Shown one piece after another: positions 21,938 to 32,157 of a stretch of DNA of 32,316 bases (position 1 is the first letter of the stretch; each line of letters opens with the position of its first letter). The notes under the pieces were generated by a model, which saw nothing but the letters and a program-made list of their open reading frames with translations, made no database searches and was not told where the DNA came from. The translations under genes and the position numbers were made by a program. Origin of the DNA: Octopus bimaculoides (taxonomy: Eukaryota); the NCBI RefSeq assembly GCF_001194135.2, contig NC_068983.1, positions 87,383,778 through 87,416,093 on the forward strand, given 5' to 3'.

Positions 21938-22567
21938 TGTCTAAGTTTCACTTTAGTGATTTATTCAACCAGAGTTTGATTAGATAGGCCGATAAGTTGA
22001 AACTTGAAGTCAAAGGGGGCATTGATATGATTAGTAAATTTGACCTTAATATTAATATAGAGCCCAACCTAATTCAAGCTTCTTTTAATATATAACAACA
22101 GTTCTGTGCTATTGACTGGGAAACGAAACTGTATCTATAAAAAATGAACAACAAACCGTGAAACAGCTCGTCATGTAACTGCCTCCCACTTTTTTTTTCT
22201 ACACATTAGTAGCATCTAAAGAATGTGTTTATATTCTTTGTATGCTATTCATAAGCTCTATTTTACTTAAATTCATTTCATTTCATCTGATATACGTTGG
22301 ACTGCGTATAATACAGACACAAAAACACACACACATACACACACAGAGCGCGCGCGCGCGTTTGTGTGTGTGTGTGTGCGTGTTTAGTTTTATAATACCC
22401 AAAACATCCCTCCCAACACACAGACAGAAATGAAGGCTATATTAAAAGAGCTCTGATATCATAACGTCATGATTTGTAAACACCTTTATAAACATATAAT
22501 GCCATTCCTATTCATTTTTTTCAAATATATAATACTAATTCTACTATCTATAACAATAATTTTACTA

Positions 22568-22604
<37 letters not shown>

Positions 22605-22697
22605 AATCAGTCTTTGTATATATACGTCATATATCATATATATAATATATATATATAGATACATACATACAGACTCACACACACACATAATATATAT

Positions 22698-22728
<31 letters not shown>

Positions 22729-23025
22729 NNNNNNNNNNNNNNNNNNNNNNNNNNNNNNNNNNNNNNNNNNNNNNNNNNNNNNNNNNNNNNNNNNNNNNNN
22801 NNNNNNNNNNNNNNNNNNNNNNNNNNNNNNNNNNNNNNNNNNNNNNNNNNNNNNNNNNNNNNNNNNNNNNNNNNNNNNNNNNNNNNNNNNNNNNNNNNNN
22901 NNNNNNNNNNNNNNNNNACAAAAAAACATGGACAAAATGATAAACAAGGTACAAAAACACGCAGGCCACATAGAGAACATATCCTTCATCAGCTGCCACC
23001 ATTAAAACACTGGCGTTTCGAAGAG

Positions 23026-23083
23026 TTTGTATGTATGTATGTATGTATGTATGTATGTATGTATGTATGTATGTATGTATGTA
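23026..23083. repeat. (TGTA)n microsatellite
   Basis: Seen directly. Confidence 0.98.
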
Positions 23084-24166
23084 TTACCTGAACTTGTAAT
23101 CTGGATAGAGTAACTGCAGATTTCTCAATAGTTCAGCATAGGTGTTCTCTTTTTCACTGATCTTCAGCTTTATGTTAACATCCGCTGGGCAGCTAATTTC
23201 CACAACTGTGAACAGTTTCTCTTTTCTATCCCAAATCATTATATCAGGTCTGTTGTGCTTACATTTATTGAGGTCTTCACTGGTACATTCCACCAGTATT
23301 CCTTTATATTATGAGTAGCTATGGCTTCTTCTACCATATTGTGGGTTCTTACTTTTATGTCGTCGGGATTGTCCTTCCGACGGATTTCATTATAGAGTAT
23401 CCTTGCTACAACGCCATATCCCATCGGTTGATAATACCGTGATGACATTTTCGGATAATTGCTTATGATGTGGATGATATCTTCAGTGTGAACTCCACAA
23501 AGTCTGCATCGGTTGTCATATTTTACAGCTTTTCCTGCATCACTATCCCTTTTGTACATTAAATACTTGGTTGATATTTCCTGTTCCTGGATTGCAATCG
23601 CAAACTCTTCAAAGTAGGAGGTAGTAGTCCGGCTATTGGTCCATGATAAAATGCTTTGATGATCGATGTTACTATCATGATGGAGCTTTCTACTAACACA
23701 TCCATGCATAGTCTGCTGCTCATATAGGCTCATCCTTTCATCGGATGATACGTTGCGTGACTTCTTTGTGTGACTTCTTTGGGCATGTATTCTACGTTAT
23801 CAGACAAAGAGTGTTGCTCAAGGAGCTGCTTTCCAAGTCTTATGATGTTATCAGCCTCATGTATGCAAACTTGGTCAAGGGATGCACTTCGACACTTGGT
23901 GGTTAAAAGATGTTGCTGAAGGGATATGATGCAACATTCAAAGGCATTTTGGATCGATGTTAAGCTTCTGCCGCCTTGTTTTTGTTTTAGGTAGAAGCGG
24001 TCTACATCACTGTTTATGTGGAAATTATGTGTCCGTGTTAGTATTTTCGGGTTTTCACATCAATGGCTCGGATCTCATCAAGCGTCCAATCAAGCAGCCC
24101 AAATGTTGGTATGAGTACTGGAACTGCAAACACATTGTGGGCCACTGTTTTATTGAATGCAGAGAG
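23084..24166 (-). mobile_element. R4/Dong-type LINE fragment: post-RT region, CCHC knuckle, restriction-like endonuclease
   Basis: Translation gives FAVPVLIPTFGLLDWT..IDVKTRKIL..SDVDRFYLKQKQGGR, FAIAIQEQEISTKY, CRLCGVHTEDIIHIIS, and HNRPDIMIWD..VVEISCPADVN..EKENTY (PD..E..K RLE motif). Confidence 0.9.
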
Positions 24167-24176
24167 TCTGTCTGGC

Positions 24177-24211
<35 letters not shown>

Positions 24212-24244
24212 ATGTATGTATGTATGTATGTTCTCTCTCTCTCT
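24167..24244. repeat. (TCTG)n-(TATG)n-(TC)n microsatellite
   Basis: Seen directly. Confidence 0.95.
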
Positions 24245-24640
24245 TTTATATTAGAATAAATTTTGACCGGCATGGTAGCAAGGTTGTGAAGAAAAGTATC
24301 TTTTTTCAACCAACATCCTTTTAAATCATAAAAGGGTCATGCAGATTTTATAATCCCAGATATCATGATCATTTGTAGTATATAAATTAAGGATTTGCTT
24401 TCTTTCCCCAAGATCCCAAGTTCACTATATTTTGCTCCAGACGTGTTGATATGTATCCTGCTGTTCCAATAATAATAGGTATGATACTGAAAGCTTATCT
24501 TGGGTACTGGATTTGCAAATTCCTTATCAATGGTCTATAGATGTCCCCTTTCTCTTGTACTTTTTTAACCACATTCGTGTCCAGAGGGCAACTGATTTCC
24601 ACAACAGAACATATCTTTTCTTTGAGGTTTCACACAACGA
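24245..24640 (-). mobile_element. Second R4/Dong-type LINE 3' end (same family as 23084-24166)
   Basis: Translation gives VVEISCPLDTNVVKKVQEKGDIYRPLIRNLQIQYP..IIPIIIGTAGY, paralogous to the end of 23084-23293, plus a 3' UTR. Confidence 0.85.
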
Positions 24641-24641
24641 T

Positions 24642-24750
24642 ATGTATGCATGTATGTATGTATGTATGTATGTATGTATGTATGTATGTATGTATGTACG
24701 TACGTACGTATGTATGTATGCATGCATGCATGCATACATACGTACGTACG
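24642..24750. repeat. (TATG)n compound microsatellite
   Basis: Seen directly. Confidence 0.97.
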
Positions 24751-24906
24751 TCCTTTTAACAATTCGCTACTGGACGATTTCGTATGCAACTGATACACTT
24801 CTGTACTTTTTAGCCCTATACGTTTATGTGAGAAGCTGTCTCAAAATGAATACTGCAGTTTGTGGCTTACAATTGTATATCCACGTTAAGTAAGATGCAC
24901 AGAACG

Positions 24907-24947
<41 letters not shown>

Positions 24948-24970
24948 TACATACATGTAGGTATGCATGT

Positions 24971-25067
24971 ACTCTGCGTTCCAAAAGTATCATCTTATTT
25001 ATATCGTACAATACACATATGTATTGTAAGATACAAATAAGAAGGTGATATTTTTCAAACGCAGAGT
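24971..25067. mobile_element. ~97-bp palindromic mini-MITE, Tc1/mariner (Stowaway-like) ends
   Basis: actctgcgttccaaaagtatca..tcttatt..tacaataca pairs with tgtattgta..aataaga..tgatatttttcaaacgcagagt; TA on the left flank. Confidence 0.75.
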
Positions 25068-25130
25068 TACCATTAGAGCAGCAGAAATACAGGGTAAATC
25101 ACCATTACAAAGTGGAAAAATTTGTTAACA

Positions 25131-25203
25131 ACCAGTCATGGGATTCGAACCCATATCTCTCAAAAATCTCCGGTTGAGTGCTACACCACTAATCTAAACT
25201 GCC
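25131..25203 (-). pseudogene. tRNA-derived sequence (pseudogene or SINE head)
   Basis: Minus strand shows A-box tagattagtggt and a perfect T-arm atggg-ttcgaat-cccat. The anticodon arm ctcaa/ttgag has an abnormal 10-nt loop and the acceptor stem is imperfect. Confidence 0.6.
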
Positions 25204-25410
25204 TGTTGACAATTCAGCTCCGAATTTAGACACTAATTACTTTAGCTTTATGGAACAACCGTAAATTTTTGGCCCACAATTTAACGATTTCAGAAGTTGG
25301 GACTGAAAGTTGTCCAATGGCTGAAACCATTCATAAAATTATTTCAGTCAATGAAACTTTATGGATGGTTGAATAGTCATTGAAGCGAGTAAAAGTATAC
25401 TTTATGGATG

Positions 25411-25675
25411 GTTTCAGTCATTCATCTGTGACCATGCTAGGGCAACGTCTGAAGTGTTTAGCCAACAAATCGACTTAACCTTTTTAAAAGCCTGATAAGT
25501 TATTCTATCAGTGTCTATTGCTGAATCCATAATTTACAGGGCCGTAAACAAACCAACACTTGTTGGTGGGGGACAAAAAGACATTCAAAGACACACACAC
25601 ACACACACACTCGATGAGCTTCTCACAACTTCGATATCCATTCAAAAGGCTTTGTTCGACGTAGGGATAATAGGT
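25411..25675 (-). mobile_element. tRNA-derived SINE family 1, degenerate 3' part
   Basis: ttcagtcatt..ccatgctagggca..ttattctatc..aaaccaacac..(CA)n, colinear with 27745-28004. Confidence 0.65.
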
Positions 25676-26228
25676 TTAAAGTAGCTAAACTACCTTGACG
25701 AAATATGTAGTTTAATAAAAGTAGCAACAACAAAAAGCTAGTAATGGGAAATAACTCTTTCTAAAGAAATGATTGTGAAGGGAAATAACTGTTCCTGTCT
25801 CTGGTTTAGTTCTGATTATCGTATCACGTATGACTAAATATTTTACAGTAAATAAACGTTAGACTTATGAACAAACAGGATAAACACAATTCACATATCA
25901 ACGAAGGAGCCTATACGAGGTCACTCAGCTTGTTAGGAATAACACTTTACTTTCTTTCAAATCACACATTGTTTAATGTTTCCTTCTCTGAAAATTAAAT
26001 AAGGCATTTGATCTACAAAATTGTGGAAGGCCATGGCTGGAACACACTTGGGCATAAGTATACTCGATCAAGGATGAAATGGTTTGATGACAACAACAGT
26101 AACAATAAGAACAATTAAACGCTGATGTAATTACATCTTGTAACTTTACATAACATATCCGAATAAATATGAATTATATTAATGATAAATAACAGCAAAA
26201 TTCAAAGTGATAATGATATTTCATGGAT

Positions 26229-26243
26229 CAGTGGTTCTCAACC
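26229..26243. mobile_element. Orphan hAT-type TIR
   Basis: cagtggttctcaac is identical to the left TIR at 19135; no partner is visible (it may lie in the gap at 26535-27086). Confidence 0.4.
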
Positions 26244-27469
26244 ATTTTAATATCCGGACCGGATCTAAAACATGAATTACTTTAGGGTGCACACCAAAAA
26301 GTGTAAAACACGAGTCAATTAAAGAAAACTTTTATTATATTTATAGAGGTAAGACCATAAAAAAAATAGTAGAGCAATGGAATTTAATGTGAAACTTGAT
26401 TTAGCTTTCGATTTTCAACTAGTTTGTCAAAACGAAGGCTCATGGGAGAAGATGCAGTATGCAAAAGCTGGTTGAGATATTTGTTTTGATATCCACACAT
26501 ATGTTGAATCAAATACAGAGACATTTTTCAGTGCNNNNNNNNNNNNNNNNNNNNNNNNNNNNNNNNNNNNNNNNNNNNNNNNNNNNNNNNNNNNNNNNNN
26601 NNNNNNNNNNNNNNNNNNNNNNNNNNNNNNNNNNNNNNNNNNNNNNNNNNNNNNNNNNNNNNNNNNNNNNNNNNNNNNNNNNNNNNNNNNNNNNNNNNNN
26701 NNNNNNNNNNNNNNNNNNNNNNNNNNNNNNNNNNNNNNNNNNNNNNNNNNNNNNNNNNNNNNNNNNNNNNNNNNNNNNNNNNNNNNNNNNNNNNNNNNNN
26801 NNNNNNNNNNNNNNNNNNNNNNNNNNNNNNNNNNNNNNNNNNNNNNNNNNNNNNNNNNNNNNNNNNNNNNNNNNNNNNNNNNNNNNNNNNNNNNNNNNNN
26901 NNNNNNNNNNNNNNNNNNNNNNNNNNNNNNNNNNNNNNNNNNNNNNNNNNNNNNNNNNNNNNNNNNNNNNNNNNNNNNNNNNNNNNNNNNNNNNNNNNNN
27001 NNNNNNNNNNNNNNNNNNNNNNNNNNNNNNNNNNNNNNNNNNNNNNNNNNNNNNNNNNNNNNNNNNNNNNNNNNNNNNNNNNNNNNGAGCGATAGAGTAG
27101 CAAACAAAATCGTTCGAGTTACTGAAAAGCATACATTCATACATGCATACATATGTACAAGGTAGCTAACCGGCAGAGTTGTTCGAGTGGTGCATAGATT
27201 GTGTTGCGATAATCGTTCTTGACTTTTGTGCTTTGAGTTTAAATATATATATCATAATATGTAAAGGTAAGATCTAAGGATCAAGGTGTAGGAAGTTAGT
27301 AAGCTTCGAGCAGTCCGTAGAAGGTAGAAAAGAAAACTTTCAAGAACAATAGTAGTTTATTGATGTAGAAAGTTGTAAATTTTTCCCTTATCAAAGTTCG
27401 ATAAACTGAAAAATATCATTTTAAAGCTCACAGTTAGTAACTTGGGCTGTTGTGAATGCGAATAAAGAG

Positions 27470-27706
27470 CCAACTTTAGGGAATGGAGTAGATAAAATCC
27501 AGGTTACACATGTTTCTTAGCTAGCAGAACATCGGAAGTAGTAATTATCTAAACGAGGGCTATTCTGCTAGCTATACTCCAGGCCAAAGCTAACTTAAGA
27601 ATAGCTAGCAGAATACCTCACGTTTGGAAAATTAGTACTTCCAAGGTTCTGCTAGTTAGGAAACATATGTAGCCTGGATTTTACCGACTCAATTCCCTAA
27701 AGCTGG
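27470..27706. mobile_element. Foldback element: 106-bp inverted arms with 25-bp spacer
   Basis: 27470-27575 aligns end to end with the reverse complement of 27601-27706 (roughly 80-85% by eye). Confidence 0.85.
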
Positions 27707-27744
27707 ATGTATATTTATATATCTTTTAGCTTTTGTTTTTTATT

Positions 27745-27958
27745 TTTTACTTGTTTCAGTCATTAGACTGCGGCCATGCTAGGGCACCACATTGAAGAAT
27801 TTTAAATTGAATGAATCGACCCCAGTACCTTTTTCTAAAGCCTGGTACTTATTCTATTGATTTCTTATGCCGAACCACTAATTTACGACGAAACAAACAC
27901 ACCAACATCGGTTGTCTAGAGGTGGTAGGGAGATAAACATCGACACAAACACCACACA

Positions 27959-28004
<46 letters not shown>
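27745..28004 (-). mobile_element. tRNA-derived SINE family 1, 3' part running into gap
   Basis: Reverse complement of the tail of 1850-2250, plus (CA)n. Confidence 0.85.
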
Positions 28005-28805
28005 NNNNNNNNNNNNNNNNNNNNNNNNNNNNNNNNNNNNNNNNNNNNNNNNNNNNNNNNNNNNNNNNNNNNNNNNNNNNNNNNNNNNNNNNNNNNNNNN
28101 NNNNNNNNNNNNNNNNNNNNNNNNNNNNNNNNNNNNNNNNNNNNNNNNNNNNNNNNNNNNNNNNNNNNNNNNNNNNNNNNNNNNNNNNNNNNNNNNNNNN
28201 NNNNNNNNNNNNNNNNNNNNNNNNNNNNNNNNNNNNNNNNNNNNNNNNNNNNNNNNNNNNNNNNNNNNNNNNNNNNNNNNNNNNNNNNNNNNNNNNNNNN
28301 NNNNNNNNNNNNNNNNNNNNNNNNNNNNNNNNNNNNNNNNNNNNNNNNNNNNNNNNNNNNNNNNNNNNNNNNNNNNNNNNNNNNNNNNNNNNNNNNNNNN
28401 NNNNNNNNNNNNNNNNNNNNNNNNNNNNNNNNNNNNNNNNNNNNNNNNNNNNNNNNNNNNNNNNNNNNNNNNNNNNNNNNNNNNNNNNNNNNNNNNNNNN
28501 NNNNNNNNNNNNNNNNNNNNNNNNNNNNNNNNNNNNNNNNNNNNNNNNNNNNNNNNNNNNNNNNNNNNNNNNNNNNNNNNNNNNNNNNNNNNNNNNNNNN
28601 NNNNNNNNNNNNNNNNNNNNNNNNNNNNNNNNNNNNNNNNNNNNNNNNNNNNNNNNNNNNNNNNNNNNNNNNNNNNNNNNNNNNNNNNNNNNNNNNNNNN
28701 NNNNNNNNNNNNNNNNNNNNNNNNNNNNNNNNNNNNNNNNNNNNNNNNNNNNNNNNNNNNNNNNNNNNNNNNNNNNNNNNNNNNNNNNNNNNNNNNNNNN
28801 NNNNN

Positions 28806-29088
28806 CCCAGCCCACTTCCTGGTAGCACTGCCTGGCCAGGGATTTCTGGAAGTTATCCATGGGCTCCGGCTCGAAATTCCTCTGTGACATACCAGCCAAC
28901 TCATTCTCATCAATGCCCAGAGTCTCCCCAAGAATGTTATCGCACTTGCCTGTCACTAACTCCCTATAGAATGCCTGAGTGGTGCTTTCACCAACCGCAT
29001 TGCCAAATTGATAATAAAAATAATAATCCTTTCTATTATTATAGAAAGAATTATGATAAGGCACAGGGCACGTAATTCTATGGGGAAA
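28806..29088 (-). mobile_element. Probable L1/Tx1-type LINE fragment
   Basis: Stop-free ~94 codons: STTQAFYRELVTG..LGETLGIDENEL..MDNFQKSLARQCY. From memory this resembles the region preceding the C-terminal zinc knuckle of Tx1-like elements; no catalytic motif is present. Confidence 0.45.
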
Positions 29089-29163
29089 TATTATTATTAT
29101 TATTATTATTATTATTATCATTATTATCATTATTATTATATTATTATTATTATTATTATTATT
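29089..29163. repeat. (TTA)n microsatellite
   Basis: Seen directly. Confidence 0.97.
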
Positions 29164-29691
29164 GAGTGAGAAAGCAGTGCATGCAATTGCAGTGATTCTG
29201 GGGTAAAATATATGAAGCCCAGTATACTCATCATGACTACTTGTCTGATAAGGGTACACCAGGCACATGCATCACAACCATATGTATGTGACATGGTGAC
29301 CTCATATCAAGATAAACAGCACATGGCCTTGCAGGTCAAGTAGCCCACCCCACGCAAAAGGTCTCCAAATAAGGATTATTTAAGGGTATTGAACGAAACT
29401 GTTTCCAAAGGGGAATTATCCTAACCCCAAAGAATTCCTTTCAACACGTGACTATGATGCTCCCCCACTACTCCTGCCCGTGATCAGAGATGCACATATC
29501 GTTAGCCACTAAGGGACATGTTCAACTGGTAAAGGTCAAACAATTGACAAGCAAATCTGTGGTATTAAGTAGAATATTTGCTGTAGCCCATCTTTTATAC
29601 CAAGACAAAACAATGTACATGATAACACTTCCAATCAGTTAAGATCAGAAGCCATGAGAACCATTGCCTGCTACTGCATCAGGGCATTTAT
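29164..29691 (-). mobile_element. ~530-bp non-coding repeat flanked by (TAA)-type tracts, full copy
   Basis: 3' end matches 16659-16794; (TTA)n lies on one side and (ATC)/(ATA)n on the other. No TIRs and no credible ORF. Confidence 0.8.
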
Positions 29692-30302
29692 TATCATCAT
29701 CATCATCATTATCATTCATAATAATAATAATAATAATGATAGTTGTGGTTTTTACAATTAAAGAAAAACAAGGATAGTTAGAATTGGTAAACTGAGAACT
29801 GTTGGATTTGGCATAAATCTTTGACTGTATTTCTAATTAATTCAACAAGGCTCATGCAACTGCTAAAAGGTGTTGCATTTCTAAGGGAAATTACTCTCGT
29901 ATTAACAAAATACTGCTTGTATTGTAAATTTTAGGTGAAAATGTGGATTCCTTTCTAAAAATTGAATATGCTTAATCTACTTATAATTTCAGAGAATTCC
30001 TATCTAATATATTATGATACTTTGATATTATTTTATAAAAATACATTTCTGCATTCATTATTTTCTCTTTCTAGGAATTCTAAATTCACTTATATGACGT
30101 TAATTTATTTATAAATAAAATTTAATATGAAGCTAACAAAGCAATAATTAATCTTATCAATTTAAATAAATAGTAAAATAAAAAAAAGTATAGTTTTTCC
30201 TATTTGCATCCAACCTAAGGGAAGTAACTCTTAATGGCTCATGTGAAACCATTCATAGTAGATGAAAATTTTCAGTTCACGAAGACAAGTTTTCTCTTAT
30301 AT

Positions 30303-30382
30303 GTTTTACTTGTTACAGTCATTAGACTGCAGTCATGCTGTAGTAACGACTTGAAGGGGTTTAGTTGAATAAATCGTCTCCA
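30303..30382 (-). mobile_element. SINE family 1 tail fragment
   Basis: ttttacttgttacagtcattagactgcagtcatgct, as at 27745. Confidence 0.6.
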
Positions 30383-30867
30383 NNNNNNNNNNNNNNNNNN
30401 NNNNNNNNNNNNNNNNNNNNNNNNNNNNNNNNNNNNNNNNNNNNNNNNNNNNNNNNNNNNNNNNNNNNNNNNNNNNNNNNNNNNNNNNNNNNNNNNNNNN
30501 NNNNNNNNNNNNNNNNNNNNNNNNNNNNNNNNNNNNNNNNNNNNNNNNNNNNNNNNNNNNNNNNNGGAATATTCTTTTGTATCGAAATAGAAAAAGTAAA
30601 GGACAGGAAAAAAATAAAAACAACTTAAAATATTGTTGCCAATGTTAGAATTTAAGAACTGAAATAGTAATAAATGTCCTTTTATATTTCATATTTTACA
30701 TAAAAATTTAAATTAAAATACTCAAGAAGCTAGTTATTTTCAATTTTCGTGAAAATACTAATTGCCTGCAAGTTTACACATTAAAACTTTGATATTACAA
30801 AATTATATATTAAAAAAATTACATAATAGCAATTTAAGCAAAATTGACCATCAGTTATCTACCATAA

Positions 30868-31350
30868 TCTGAACGTCTTGCCTCCATGGGCATAGATACA
30901 CTGAAGCTCTGACGTTTGGCAACTGACTTGGTAAACACCCACAAAATTATTAACCATCATGCCAACCATCACCTTGAGCACCTTTTTGAGCTCCATGTGT
31001 CCAACACACGTGGGCATGCGTACAAAGTCAAGAAACTGCACAGCTCTCATGACTTTTGGAAGCATTTTTTCTCACTCAGAGCTGCTGAAGCGTGGAACAA
31101 ACTACCTGCATCAGTTGTTACTTGCCGAGACATTGCATCCTTTAAAACCTCCATGCTTCCTGAAATACACCTTATATCCCCACCTCCATAGACATGCACA
31201 CATATATATCATGACTCATACACTGTTCACTTTCCTGACTTTTGTACATAATTCTATGTACAGTATATGCACCTTTGATGAGTTGTAGTGAACCTGAGCA
31301 CTATACACATTACTGTCATGATAACTCCAAAGTTCGATTTAAAAAAGAAA
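30868..31350 (+). mobile_element. CR1-clade LINE 3' end
   Basis: Translation gives ERLASMGIDTLKL*RLATDLVNTHKI...NTRGHAYKV...HFFSLRAAEAWNKLPASVV...SFK, the CR1 C-terminal motifs TRGH and FF..R....WN.LP. Confidence 0.85.
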
Positions 31351-31396
31351 AAGTTAGAGAGTCATTTCTACATGCTGTACTCAATTTGTTCATTAA

Positions 31397-31617
31397 CCCT
31401 TTCATTACCGTATTTATTTTGAGATGTTCTGTATTTCTTTCAATTATTTTAGATATGACAAAGAATTTAGTAAAATAACTTCGTTATCATTAACCTAGTG
31501 TTAGGAACATAAATTGCAACTAAGATTTGGTGGAAGATTTTAATTAAAAACTTATGAAAACAAGACATTTGTACTACAGATCCAGAGCCAGTTTCAGCCG
31601 GGCTAGTAACGAAAGGG
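31397..31617. mobile_element. piggyBac-type MITE with TTAA TSD
   Basis: TTAA (31393-31396) ccctttcattac ... gtaacgaaaggg TTAA (31618-31621); TIRs match 11/12. Confidence 0.9.
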
Positions 31618-32157
31618 TTAACTTTCAGTTTTTAGAATATTCTATCTATAAATAGAAAAGACTGTTATCTGATAATGCAAACTTTAATTAAAGAAATTAA
31701 TTCTTTTGTTTCTTTGAAAAAATTTTTTTTTACTCTTTTGACTTACATAAATTCTACATGAGTTTAATTTTATAACACAATATCTGTGATTTAAATTTTT
31801 GGATAATAAGTTTTGTTAAGAGAATAAAATTAAAAATATAATACAACACTAAAAATGAGACAGAAATGTTTTCGCTTAATACAAAGAAACTTTTGAATAA
31901 AGATATTAACTTAAATCAAAATAACTTGCAATAAAAAGCAAAAAAGTCACATACTATTTGATGAGATATTTCAGAAATATAATTAGTAAATTCTAACTTC
32001 AGCAGTAATATTTTAATTTTCTTCTCTTTCTTGTACTGAGGCTTAATTTGCTCCTTGTTCTGTACTTTTCCAGGTTCAATACTTAAGAATATTCTAGGAT
32101 TCTGTCCCTGCATTTTTCATTCTAGTCACTTTTTTTCCGGGTAACACTTCTATTTAT

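Noticed and set aside
22960-23012. Minus-strand GAAAC ... CUGAUGA, a possible type II hammerhead ribozyme
   Set aside because: The core words are present, but stem I has only ~2 bp and stem II needs a bulge at the conserved first pair. An Infernal search of the family consensus would settle it.
3050-24893. ORFs made of HTHT, CVCV, YIYI, MYVC, poly-I or poly-N
   Set aside because: These are translations of microsatellites.
25131-25203. Functional tRNA gene
   Set aside because: 10-nt anticodon loop and mismatched acceptor stem; kept only as tRNA-derived.
25914-25925. tacgagg as a mariner TIR start
   Set aside because: The match is too short and nothing follows it.
5245-30628. Long ORFs of 130-450 aa in the track containing X runs
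   Set aside because: They are open only because N gaps contain no stop codons.
29900-32110. Possible short host exons after polypyrimidine-AG sites
   Set aside because: The candidate frames close quickly and have no homology or paired donor support.
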